DNA of 51,126 nucleotides from a candidate division WOR-3 bacterium (lineage in GTDB: Bacteria > Hydrothermota > Tepidihabitantia > Tepidihabitantales > Tepidihabitantaceae). Under the pieces are notes generated by a model, which worked only from the letters and a program-made list of their open reading frames with translations, made no database searches and had not been told where the DNA came from. The position numbers and the translations under genes were made by a program. The DNA lies in contig JBDRUH010000006.1 of NCBI GenBank assembly GCA_039801225.1, positions 1 to 51,126 on the forward strand. Reading direction: 5' to 3'. This document shows, piece after piece, positions 9,738 through 19,128 of the stretch (positions within the stretch are counted from its first letter, which is position 1; every line of letters begins with the position of its first letter).

Positions 9738-11039
9738 ATGCCTAACCTTGTTGTTGTTGGTGCGCAGTGGGGTGATGAAGGCAAGGGAAAGGTTGTTGAT
9801 TTTCTTTCCCGAGATGCCCATATAGTAGTTCGCTATCAAGGTGGACCAAACGCCGGGCATACTGTGTGTCGGCGAGACAAAACCTGGACATTCCATCAGA
9901 TTCCTTCGGGGCTTCTTAACCCCAGGACCAAAGGGGTAATTGGCTCAGGTTGCGTCATTGACCCATACCGGTTCTTTGAAGAGATGGCGGTATTGGAGAA
10001 AGATGGAATAAGGGTTGAGCGCCGGGTAGTTATTGATCGTCGGGCACATATGATTTTGCCCTATCACAAACAACTGGACCGTCTCCATGAGGAGTATCTT
10101 GCCGAGAAAAAGATTGGCACTACTGGGCAAGGAATTGGTCCAGTGTATCAGGACAAAATTGCCCGAGTAGGACTCAGGGCGGGTGACCTTCTTAATGAGG
10201 ATGTATTTAAAGACAAATTACGGCGCAATATTGCCCACGCCAACTTCCTCCTGATGGAGGTATACAAAGCCGAACCAATTTCCTTCAAAGAGATAAGCGA
10301 TGAATACTGGGAGGCGACAAGACCGCTTATACCGATGATTGGTGATGGCACCTGGCTGGTTCATCGGTCGCTGGAGCAGGGCAGAAGAATATTGTTTGAA
10401 GGTGCCCAGGGCACACACCTGGATATTGACCTGGGTAGTTATCCATTTGTTACTACTTCATCCACAGTGGTTGCCGGTGCTGGGGTTGGCACCGGCATCA
10501 GCCCTTTGTGGCTTGAGGAGGCGGTTGGTGTTGCTAAGGTTTATACCACCCGGGTTGGTTCCGGACCATTTCCCACCGAATTGTCAATAGAAGAGGCAGC
10601 GGTATTGCGTGATTTGGGTAAGGAGTATGGTGCCACCACTGGTAGACCAAGGCGGTGCGGGTGGTTTGATGCTGGGCTGGTTCGGGCATCGGTTCGTTAC
10701 AACCGCTTCTCAGCGCTTGTTTTAACCAAACTGGATGTCCTTGATTCCCTAAAAGAGATCCGTATCGGCACTGGCTACCGGTATCAGGGAAAAAAGATTA
10801 AAGAATTTGACCCGTTTCTTGCTAACGAACTGGTGGCGGAGTATATCGTAATGGCTGGTTGGCGGGAGAAAACTTCTAACTGTCGGCGTTATAAGGATTT
10901 GCCCCTGCCTGCCCGCCGGTATGTTGATAAAATTGCCGAACTAGTTGAGTGCCCGGTGGCGCTCGTTTCGGTCGGAAGCGAACGGGAGGAGATGGTGCCG
11001 GTAGAACCGGACAAGTTGAGATGGCTGAAATCAGGTTAA
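9738..11039 (+). CDS. purA: Adenylosuccinate synthetase
   Basis: GAQWGDEGKGK, GGPNAGHT, FEGAQG, TTGRPRRCGWFD, TKLDVL. Confidence 0.98.
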   Translation: MPNLVVVGAQWGDEGKGKVVDFLSRDAHIVVRYQGGPNAGHTVCRRDKTWTFHQIPSGLLNPRTKGVIGSGCVIDPYRFFEEMAVLEKDGIRVERRVVIDRRAHMILPYHKQLDRLHEEYLAEKKIGTTGQGIGPVYQDKIARVGLRAGDLLNEDVFKDKLRRNIAHANFLLMEVYKAEPISFKEISDEYWEATRPLIPMIGDGTWLVHRSLEQGRRILFEGAQGTHLDIDLGSYPFVTTSSTVVAGAGVGTGISPLWLEEAVGVAKVYTTRVGSGPFPTELSIEEAAVLRDLGKEYGATTGRPRRCGWFDAGLVRASVRYNRFSALVLTKLDVLDSLKEIRIGTGYRYQGKKIKEFDPFLANELVAEYIVMAGWREKTSNCRRYKDLPLPARRYVDKIAELVECPVALVSVGSEREEMVPVEPDKLRWLKSG

Positions 11040-11710
11040 TGCGTCGGATTCTAACCGACAACGACTCGCTTGCTGAGGAACAGAGGAAACAACTTGACCG
11101 CGCTCGGGTTCTGGGGATAAACATTATGTCGGCACCAGGTGCGGGCAAGACCACCCTAATTGAAAAGACGGTTGCCGCGCTGAAAGACGAATATCGCATC
11201 TGGGTGATTGAGGGTGATATTCAGGGTGATTTAGATGCGCGGCGGGTTATTGCTTGTGGTGTGGGTTGCTCTCAGATTAACACCCGGGGTGCCTGCCACC
11301 TTGACGCCCTGATGCTCTCACCGGTATTTGCTTCAATAGACTTGAGGAACTTAGATCTATTACTCATTGAGAATGTTGGTAATCTGGTCTGCCCGGCTGA
11401 GTTCAAACTGCCGGTGCACTACAATGTGATGCTTGTCTCCGTTCCGGAGGGAAGTGACAAGCCGGTGAAATACCCGTTAATGTTTTCCCGCTCCGATGTG
11501 TTAATTTTAAACAAGATTGACCTTCTACCCTATGTTAATTTTGACACCATTAATTTTAAGCGGGCGGTGCGTAAACTCAAACCCACCCTGCCGATATTCT
11601 CTATCTCGTTACGCACTGGCAAAGGGTTTAATAAGTGGCTCTTCTGGTTGAAAGAAAAACTTAAAAATTACTCCCGCTCAAAAACCAAAATACCCAAAAC
11701 TAAAAACTAA
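11021..11710 (+). CDS. hypB: Hydrogenase nickel-incorporation GTPase HypB
   Basis: SAPGAGKTT, IEGD, GACHLDA, ENVGNLVCPAEF, DKPVKYP, NKIDL. ATG at 11021 overlaps the end of purA. Confidence 0.93.
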   Translation: MAEIRLMRRILTDNDSLAEEQRKQLDRARVLGINIMSAPGAGKTTLIEKTVAALKDEYRIWVIEGDIQGDLDARRVIACGVGCSQINTRGACHLDALMLSPVFASIDLRNLDLLLIENVGNLVCPAEFKLPVHYNVMLVSVPEGSDKPVKYPLMFSRSDVLILNKIDLLPYVNFDTINFKRAVRKLKPTLPIFSISLRTGKGFNKWLFWLKEKLKNYSRSKTKIPKTKN

Positions 11711-13959
11711 TAACTAACAACTATCTTGGTGATTTTCCACTCCCTTTTTTTCTGGGCGGCTAAGATATAGACCCCAGGCGGCAGCTCTTTAGGACGGTGC
11801 CATATTAGAATTCCGAATTCCGAATTCCGATTTCCGATTTCCGAGGTCTCGGTTGGCAATTCTCTAAGGAGTCTGCCGGTCGGGTCGTAAAGGAGAAGGC
11901 GGGTCGTGCCTTGAGGAATGAGAACTTTTGCGCTCCGGGTGATTACTGTCGGAGTAACAATCAGCCGAGAGCCGTCAGCAGACAGCCGATAGATTTCCGT
12001 CTCCGGTTTGTGGTTCTCTTCTATTCCGATACAATTCTTTCCGGCGAGGCTATAGCCGAGAGGGTTAACATAAACCGCACTAAGTTTTGCCGGATGGCGG
12101 TAAAGAAAAGAGACTTTTCTACCCGAGATACCTAATGTATCCCGGTCCCAGAAGATGCCATTATTAGTGGTATAAAACACCCCTTGGGTGTCTGTCCCGA
12201 CCCAGAGGCGGTTAGAACTTAAAGTGTCCGGCAAAACACAGGTGGCATTAGGAAGTCCCAGACTAATCCAGGAGAGGCAGCCATTTTCGCTTTTAAATAC
12301 ACCTGACGGTGTAGTGCAGAACCAGATTAGGTTCTGATTTGGCAAGGGTTTTAGGTCGGTTACTGGGGCACCGATGATACCCGAGGTGAGGTTTGTCCAG
12401 TTTGTGCCGCGGTCGGTGGAGCGGAAAAGTGCCGGTGAGTTGCCACTTTTGCCAAAGGCGATGAGTGTTTCTGCCTTTGAAGAGGTTATAAACCCGATAC
12501 AGGTTCCCTCCTCTCTGAGAAGTAAATTTGTCCAGGTTTGACCCCGGTCGGTTGAGCGGAAAATTGCCAATCTTGTTGGACCGGTTATTGAGTCCCTTTT
12601 ACCACCCCAGACATAAAGGGTGTCAGGTCCAATTGGATGATAGAGGACGCCATTTGGTTCAAAGAAGTTGGCGATATTATGAGTAACCCAGGAGTCACCC
12701 TGGTCAATTGTCAGATGTAGGCGGGAGTCAAAACCGGTAACGCACACCAGCGTGTCCGGATGGCGCGGGTTTCGAGCGATGTCCTTTACCCATCCTGACC
12801 CGGGAAACAGTTTACCCCAGCGGTTCCAGTTCAATCCGGCATCGGTTGTGAAGAGAATTCCATAACCCCAGGCGCCGGCAAATAATGTGTCGGAAGGAAA
12901 GAAATTAATAAACGAGATATCAAGGTTTTTCAGATTTGGTGTTTTATAGGTCCAGTTATACCCGCCGTTAGTGGTGTAGAATATGCCGTAGGAATTTCCG
13001 GCGTAAAGTTCCAGAGGGGAGTTGGGGTTAATAGCCAGAAGCCGGGTGTTGGTGCCAATAAAGGTTGTAGTGTCTGCCCGCCAACTGTAGCCGTAATCGC
13101 TTGAGCGGTAAACAAGATTTTCACCACCGGCATAGGCATAATAAGGAGGGGAGGACGCAAAAGCCACTGAGTAAGCAGGTCCAATAAGACAGCGGGTCCA
13201 GGAGTTACCGAGGTTACTGGAGTAGTAGATGCCGGTATCAGTGGCACAGATTAGTCTAAGGCTATCGGTTGGGCTAATTGCCAGACCATAGGCACATCGT
13301 CCCTGAAGACCCAAAGACTTATCCTCCCAGGTGCCACCGTAATTGGTAGTCAGGAAAACCTTTGGGCGATTTTTTACTGAGCCACCGATAAAAGCTTTGC
13401 CTGGGCTTTTGGGGTCAATAGTTAAAAAACGGGCGCTTGCTTCAGATGCGCTATCCGCTTTTCTGCCCGTCCAGGTTGAGCCGCTATTGGTGCTATAGTA
13501 GAGAGCCAGGGAAACCGAATTGCCGTAATATACCTCTGCCACCGCCCAGACCTCAGAACTGTTTTCGGGATTGACGGCGATTTGTTGCAGCCAGGCATCT
13601 TCGGGCAATGTCGCGCACACCTGCCAGGTGGCCCCGGCGTTAGTACTTTTATAAACTGTTTTTGTTTTACCACCGGCATACAGGGTCCGGGCATCCTGGG
13701 CGATGGCAAGGGCGGTAATAAAGTCGGGAATTGTTTCAAGAACCACCCAGGTATTGCCGGTATTAGAGGTGTGCAAAATTAAAGTTGGGAAACTTCCCAC
13801 CGCAATGTAAAGTTCATCAGGATAGTTTGGCACATTGGTCATCGCTTTGATACTGGCGCCCTGGGGACCGAGTTGCTGCCAGGAACCGAGAGCAATATTA
13901 ACCGAGAAAACGCCGAGCCAAAGAACCAACCTCCCAAAACCTTTAATTGCCGTTTTCAT
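11707..13959 (-). CDS. Secreted BNR/YCF48-like beta-propeller protein with T9SS-type C-terminal domain
   Basis: Signal peptide, many S/T-x-D/N-x-G-x-T/S-W Asp-box repeats, C-terminal LYDPTGRL...PGVYIL...KIVV. Confidence 0.8.
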   Translation of the reverse strand: MKTAIKGFGRLVLWLGVFSVNIALGSWQQLGPQGASIKAMTNVPNYPDELYIAVGSFPTLILHTSNTGNTWVVLETIPDFITALAIAQDARTLYAGGKTKTVYKSTNAGATWQVCATLPEDAWLQQIAVNPENSSEVWAVAEVYYGNSVSLALYYSTNSGSTWTGRKADSASEASARFLTIDPKSPGKAFIGGSVKNRPKVFLTTNYGGTWEDKSLGLQGRCAYGLAISPTDSLRLICATDTGIYYSSNLGNSWTRCLIGPAYSVAFASSPPYYAYAGGENLVYRSSDYGYSWRADTTTFIGTNTRLLAINPNSPLELYAGNSYGIFYTTNGGYNWTYKTPNLKNLDISFINFFPSDTLFAGAWGYGILFTTDAGLNWNRWGKLFPGSGWVKDIARNPRHPDTLVCVTGFDSRLHLTIDQGDSWVTHNIANFFEPNGVLYHPIGPDTLYVWGGKRDSITGPTRLAIFRSTDRGQTWTNLLLREEGTCIGFITSSKAETLIAFGKSGNSPALFRSTDRGTNWTNLTSGIIGAPVTDLKPLPNQNLIWFCTTPSGVFKSENGCLSWISLGLPNATCVLPDTLSSNRLWVGTDTQGVFYTTNNGIFWDRDTLGISGRKVSFLYRHPAKLSAVYVNPLGYSLAGKNCIGIEENHKPETEIYRLSADGSRLIVTPTVITRSAKVLIPQGTTRLLLYDPTGRLLRELPTETSEIGNRNSEFGILIWHRPKELPPGVYILAAQKKREWKITKIVVSY
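11811..11845. repeat. Heptamer tandem array (TTCCGAN x5) inside CDS
   Basis: TTCCGAA TTCCGAA TTCCGAT TTCCGAT TTCCGAG, encoding SEIGNRNSEFG in the sorting domain. Confidence 0.85.
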
Positions 13960-14996
13960 TTTTCACCTCCTGAAGGTGTAATCTTCAATGATATCCTTTC
14001 GCTCAGCCGGGCAAGTTCCCGCGCCGCCTCTTCATAGCGATTATGGGCATTGGTCAGATGTGAACCAAGCGTATCAAACTTTTCCTTAAACTGACCGATT
14101 TCGGTTTCCAGTTGCCGGAGATGAGCCAGGATTTCCGTCGCCCGGCGTTCAATCTGTAGCCCTTGTAGCCCTAAGACAATTACCTGAAGATAGGCGTAGA
14201 TTGTGCCGGGTGACACTGGCACCACCCGGCGGGCAAAGGCATAGGAGATGATATCCTCCTTCTCATCATCGGGGTAAGAGACAATTGTTTCATAATAGAC
14301 ATTTTCCGCCGGGATATACATTAGGGCGAAGTCAAAAGTGCCTTCTGCGGGCAAAAGGTATTTTTCGGCGATAGTGTCAATGTGCCTTTTCACATCAAGA
14401 AAGAACTGCTTTCTTAAAGCACGGCGCTGCGTTTCTTCGGTAGTGGTAAGCATCTTCTGGAAGTTTTCCAAGGGGAATTTGGCATCAATTGGCACCAGTC
14501 GTTCGCCTAACTTTATTACTGCGTCAACCTTGGCACCGGAGCGAAATTTAAACTGCAACTCATAATGATTTGGCACCATCTCCTGGAGAAGATTTCCGAG
14601 AAAAAGTTCGCCCAGACCACCGCGTGGCTTCGGGGGTCTTAAAATCTCCTGTAAAGAGGCGATATTTTTACCGACTTCAAAAATCTCCTGGGATGCCCGG
14701 GAAAGTTCGCCTAAGGCGCGCGAGACATCGCTAACCATCCGGGCGGCGCTGTCCAATCGATTATTAATCTGACCGGTGTTATCGGTAAGAGTCCGGTTCA
14801 GTTCGGTAAGACGCTGATTTAAAAGTTGGGAGTTGCTCTCTAACACCCGGAGTTGCTCTTGACGCAGTGCTTCCATTTGCTGGAGGAGAAGGCTCAATTC
14901 TGGTGCGGGCGATGGTCTTTTTAATTTAATGACAAGGAGAAGCAGGACGACCCCGGCTATAAAAACGACAATAACAATTAAGAGGGCAGTGGACAC
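13956..14996 (-). CDS. rmuC: DNA recombination protein RmuC
   Basis: N-terminal TM, coiled coil, RGGLGE, PIDAKFP, KYL...TFDFALMYIPAE, VSP. Confidence 0.93.
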   Translation of the reverse strand: MSTALLIVIVVFIAGVVLLLLVIKLKRPSPAPELSLLLQQMEALRQEQLRVLESNSQLLNQRLTELNRTLTDNTGQINNRLDSAARMVSDVSRALGELSRASQEIFEVGKNIASLQEILRPPKPRGGLGELFLGNLLQEMVPNHYELQFKFRSGAKVDAVIKLGERLVPIDAKFPLENFQKMLTTTEETQRRALRKQFFLDVKRHIDTIAEKYLLPAEGTFDFALMYIPAENVYYETIVSYPDDEKEDIISYAFARRVVPVSPGTIYAYLQVIVLGLQGLQIERRATEILAHLRQLETEIGQFKEKFDTLGSHLTNAHNRYEEAARELARLSERISLKITPSGGEK

Positions 14997-15001
14997 GATT
15001 T

Positions 15002-15030
15002 AAGATAAGTCAATTTTTCCTTAAGGTCAA
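15002..15030 (-). promoter_or_regulatory. Sigma70-type promoter of rmuC, leaderless
   Basis: TTGACC-N17-TATCTT, GTG start 5 nt downstream. Confidence 0.55.
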
Positions 15031-15077
15031 GTAAGGCATTTCTCTTTAATTGCATCATAATCCAAGTCCGTGGTTGG

Positions 15078-15128
15078 TTATCCAACCTCTGTGTTTCTAA
15101 TGTAGCATATGTATCTTAACTTTTCCAG
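15078..15128 (+). repeat. Dispersed ~50-bp intergenic repeat, copy 1
   Basis: TTATCCAACCTCTGTGTTTCTAATGT...TTAACTTTTCCAG resembles 36090-36139. Confidence 0.65.
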
Positions 15129-15501
15129 GGGTAATCTGGCTAAGTTTATATAAACATACACAAAATTCTGAGGGTGAGATTGAGTTAAGTTCCGTATTTT
15201 TTTAACTTAGTACAAAAACACTTTTCCCGGGAGGCAGCTCCCTTGGTAATTTTGGTCATTAGGAATATTTGGGAATTGAATTTCAGGGTTGCTTTAAGAA
15301 TAGGGATAAAACTGGTTATAGAACTTTTCTGGGGATGGGTTCTGAAAACGGGGTTTTAATTTGCTGTGAGGATAAGCGAAATTGTTGAGTTCAGATTTAG
15401 ATGTAGATTGTCAATGAGACCAAGAGAGCGTTACCATCCAAGAGGGTAATTTTGGGGCTGATTATAGCAATAATGATGATAGGTGGGAGAAAGGCGATTT
15501 T

Positions 15502-15529
15502 TTGACTTTTGAAAAAGAAAATATATAAT
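15502..15529 (+). promoter_or_regulatory. Sigma70-type promoter upstream of riboswitch
   Basis: TTGACT-N16-TATAAT, ending 7 nt before the P1 stem. Confidence 0.75.
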
Positions 15530-15536
15530 GATACGA

Positions 15537-15721
15537 AGGGTGACAGACCGGCAGGTAAATAGCCGGTTACCCGAAATATAGGATTGGGTACAGGGAACGC
15601 TGTGAAAGTCGGCGGCGGTCTCGCCCACTGTGAGCGGTCTTATCAGCCCATCACAGCCACTGTTCAAAATACGAATGGGAAGGCGATGGGTGTTGCCGCA
15701 AGCCAGGAGACCTGGTCACCT
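15537..15721 (+). ncRNA. Cobalamin (B12) riboswitch
   Basis: AGGGAA..GTGAAA, CACTGT, GCCACTG, GGGAAGGC and B12 box AGCCAGGAGACCTG; closing stem GGTGAC/GTCACC; upstream of a TonB-dependent receptor. Confidence 0.92.
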
Positions 15722-15760
15722 ACATAGGTCGGTTTAACTTGCAGAGAAAGGAGAACCGAG

Positions 15761-17884
15761 ATGAGTATGATTTATTTAATATATATGCTCCTTTCAGGGG
15801 CAACATTTCAAGGCAGGGTTGTTGACGCCATAACCAAACAACCCATTCCCTATGTTCAAATTCAGTTGACATCGCCGGGCTGGGAAACTGCCATTTCTAC
15901 CGACTCATTAGGCAGGTTTGTTTTAAAGGCTCCAATTATACCGGAACAGGTTATGATTCGCGCCTCGCGGGTAGGCTACAAATCGGGAATATGGAAGGAT
16001 GTGTCAATAAAAGATACGGTTACACTATATCTCTTTCCGCGTTCAATTCCAGTTGCCGGAGCCACGACCACCGCCAGCCGTTTGAAGGCGAAAGCGGAGT
16101 CTGCCTATCCGGTTACAGTGATAGAAAACAAGCCGCTTTTCAACCGGGGGCAGACCGATATCAGTGGATTTGTTGGTACTGCACCTAGTGTAATGATACA
16201 GGATTACGGCAACCTTACCACCCTTTCCTTACGCGGGGCAACTGCCGAGCAGACGCTTATCCTTCTGGATGGCGTTAGACTGAATTCCAGCCTTAACAAC
16301 CAAGCGGACATCACCCTCATTGCCCCTTTCCTTGCCCAAAAAGTAGAGGTTGCCCGCGGTGGTGGCTCTGCGCTTTATGGTGCAAATGCGATTGGCGGAG
16401 TAATAAATATTTTGACCCCACAAATAGAAAAGTTCCAAGCGAAGGCAAACCTCGGTACCGGCTCTTTCGGAAGGCGTTATGCCTCCTTCACTATCTTGAG
16501 TCCAGGGAGAATTGACTATTTTCTTACCGGCGGGCTCACTGGGGCGAAAAACACCTTCCCTTATAAAGTGGGCGACTCAATCCGGATTCGGGAAAATGCC
16601 GATCTTACTCGGGGCGATTTGCTACTAAAAACAGGTGCCCGTATCGGACCTCATTACTTCTCCTGTCTTGGTGGCTTTACCGCCGGGAACAGGGGTTCAC
16701 CTGGACCGGTTACCTTTCCTTCCGACAGCGCCCGGTTGAATGACATTAGATTTTTAACTGTTCTCGGCTATGACATTTTTGAGAGTGCTAAGGCACGGCT
16801 CCAGGTAAGACTTTCCCATCAGCGGCTTTATCAGAACTATTACAACCCTGGTCCCTACTTTACTGCCAATGATACCCATCAAATTCATCAGACTGGGGTT
16901 ACCGTAAACCAATCTTTAGAACCTTCAACCTATCTTAAGGGTAACATCGGATATGAGTCTTATTATGAACAGGCAAAGAGCACAACAGTGACAACCCCAT
17001 TTCGTTGGACAAATTCCCTCTTCTTCGAAACTGAGGCAAAATGGAAAGGTATTTCTGTTAACCCCGCCCTGCGTTACGACTTTCTTCAGAACGGAAAAAA
17101 ATCATCGTTTGGTTCTCAAAGAGATAGAATCTATGGTGCCTTCAGTCCGAAACTGGCTTTGAATTTAACCCCTTTATCATTCTTTAGCATTTTTTTCTCT
17201 TTGAACCGGTCTTTCCGGGTGCCAACATTTAATGAGCTTTACTGGCCCGAGGACCCATGGTCAAAGGGTAATTTAGCACTTCACCCGGAATGGGCAACAG
17301 GAGTTGAGGCAGGGGTGGGTGGCTTTATCGGTGAAGCCGGTCTATGGCGCCTGAACCTTTTTAACTCTTCATTCACCAATTTGATTCAATGGCAAGAGGT
17401 CTCCCCCTATTTTTATCAACCGGTGAATGTGGCAAGAGCGAAAATTAATGGGATAGAAATGGAGGGGAAAATTTCATCCCGGTTGGCAGGGTTTAGTGGC
17501 AACTTAACATATCAAATCTCAAGGAGTGAGGATAAGGATTTAGCCTATCGTCCCCGTCTTTCAGGCCAAGGTTCGCTGTGGTTCTCTTTTTCCAGTGATG
17601 ATACCATCCCAATTTCCCGGCTTATGTTCACCGGTAAAGGGGTTTCTTCCCGCTATACCAACCCGGAAAGCTCAGATACCTTGCCCGGATACACCATCCT
17701 TGATATTGAATTTATGGTGAACGTACCGGAAATTATTGGCGGACTATTTAACCGCGAAAAGACCGATTTTAATGGCTGGCTGATTCTCGGCTGCAGGAAC
17801 TTTCTTAACCGGCAATATCAAATTGTAAAAGACTACCCAATAATGGGAAGGAATATCTACTTAGAAATAGACACCGGTTGGTAA
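15761..17884 (+). CDS. btuB: TonB-dependent receptor, probable cobalamin transporter, with N-terminal carboxypeptidase-regulatory-like domain
   Basis: Plug motifs SLRG, LILLDG, KVEVARGGGSALYGANAIGGVINI; FRVPTFNELYW; SD AAGGAG; substrate inferred from the riboswitch. Confidence 0.85.
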   Translation: MSMIYLIYMLLSGATFQGRVVDAITKQPIPYVQIQLTSPGWETAISTDSLGRFVLKAPIIPEQVMIRASRVGYKSGIWKDVSIKDTVTLYLFPRSIPVAGATTTASRLKAKAESAYPVTVIENKPLFNRGQTDISGFVGTAPSVMIQDYGNLTTLSLRGATAEQTLILLDGVRLNSSLNNQADITLIAPFLAQKVEVARGGGSALYGANAIGGVINILTPQIEKFQAKANLGTGSFGRRYASFTILSPGRIDYFLTGGLTGAKNTFPYKVGDSIRIRENADLTRGDLLLKTGARIGPHYFSCLGGFTAGNRGSPGPVTFPSDSARLNDIRFLTVLGYDIFESAKARLQVRLSHQRLYQNYYNPGPYFTANDTHQIHQTGVTVNQSLEPSTYLKGNIGYESYYEQAKSTTVTTPFRWTNSLFFETEAKWKGISVNPALRYDFLQNGKKSSFGSQRDRIYGAFSPKLALNLTPLSFFSIFFSLNRSFRVPTFNELYWPEDPWSKGNLALHPEWATGVEAGVGGFIGEAGLWRLNLFNSSFTNLIQWQEVSPYFYQPVNVARAKINGIEMEGKISSRLAGFSGNLTYQISRSEDKDLAYRPRLSGQGSLWFSFSSDDTIPISRLMFTGKGVSSRYTNPESSDTLPGYTILDIEFMVNVPEIIGGLFNREKTDFNGWLILGCRNFLNRQYQIVKDYPIMGRNIYLEIDTGW

Positions 17885-19128
17885 TCCAAAACTGGGGTAA
17901 TTTCTTTTAGTTCCTCAAGATACCGGTTTTTTGCTGCCTCAAAAATCTCTTTATACTTTTTCGCAACCGGCTCTGCCCGTGGCGGAATCACTTTTAATGG
18001 GTTTACTGGCTTGCCGTTCTGTCTGATTTCAAAATGTAGGTGGGGACCGGTTGCCAATCCTGTTGCTCCAACATAGCCAACAGTTGCGCCTTGGTGAATC
18101 CGTCTTCCTACTTTGATACCCGGTCCGTAACCGGAGAGATGCCCATAACGGGAAACCAGTCCGGACGAATGTTTGATTTCAACCATATTACCATAGCCAC
18201 CATACCAGCGCGCCATTGTTATTACGCCATCGGCAATTGCACTTACTGGAGTGCCTTTGGGGGCAACATAATCTACACCATGATGGGGTCTAAACACCCG
18301 CAGAATTGGGTGGAAACGGCGACCGAAAAATGAAGAGACACGGGCATAGGATAGGGGAGAGCGGAGGAGCGTTTTTCTTAAAGACTGCCCCTTTTCGTTG
18401 TAATAGTCCCAGTGACCTGATGGGTCGCGAAAATAAAACCCATAGACATTTTCGCTTCTACTTCGATAATGAACCGCATAAACCATACCATACCGGTAAA
18501 ATTTTCCTTCAACGGAAAGTTTATCTACCAGGAGTTCAAAAGTGTCACCGTTATTGCATTCGGTAAAAAAGTCAATGTCATAACGGAGAATTTCGGCAAA
18601 CTCAATAACCAGTTCTGGAGTTCCGCCGATTTTTAATAGTGAGTTCCAGAGCGAGCCCTCAATCGTGCCGCGTATCGCTACCCGGGTCGTATCAACTGCT
18701 TTAACCAATTTCGCTGCTTGGGCGGTGCCATTGGAGTCAAACCGCACCGCATAACTTACCACCAGATCGCGATGGTACTCCAGGCCAGTGAAAGTTAGAC
18801 CCTGATAGTAAAACGATACCGAATCCCCGGGCTTCATTTTGTTAAATGGAAATTTTACTGCCTTGAGCGCATCATATATTGAGGTCACTTTTGCCAACGG
18901 AAGGCACCAACGCTGCAAAACCTCTTTAAGTGCCTCCCCTTTTTGTAGGATATCTCCGCCGTAATAAGTTGATTCCGGGCAGGGCAATTGTGGACCGCAG
19001 GGTGTTTTTGGCTTTCGCTTAAGAAGAAAAGGAAGAACGACACCGGCAAGAATTACCCCGAGAATGAGAAAAAGAATTGGCAAGAGGAATCTTTTCTTCG
19101 GTAATTTGGTTGGTTGACTCTCAATCAT
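17857..19128 (-). CDS. M23 family peptidoglycan DD-metalloendopeptidase (MepM-like)
   Basis: N-terminal TM, HHGVDY, YGHL, GPHLHFE motifs. Confidence 0.92.
   Translation of the reverse strand: MIESQPTKLPKKRFLLPILFLILGVILAGVVLPFLLKRKPKTPCGPQLPCPESTYYGGDILQKGEALKEVLQRWCLPLAKVTSIYDALKAVKFPFNKMKPGDSVSFYYQGLTFTGLEYHRDLVVSYAVRFDSNGTAQAAKLVKAVDTTRVAIRGTIEGSLWNSLLKIGGTPELVIEFAEILRYDIDFFTECNNGDTFELLVDKLSVEGKFYRYGMVYAVHYRSRSENVYGFYFRDPSGHWDYYNEKGQSLRKTLLRSPLSYARVSSFFGRRFHPILRVFRPHHGVDYVAPKGTPVSAIADGVITMARWYGGYGNMVEIKHSSGLVSRYGHLSGYGPGIKVGRRIHQGATVGYVGATGLATGPHLHFEIRQNGKPVNPLKVIPPRAEPVAKKYKEIFEAAKNRYLEELKEITPVLDYQPVSISK

Noticed and set aside
15431..15667. 78-aa minus-strand ORF
   Set aside because: Antisense to the cobalamin riboswitch and its promoter; no coding features.
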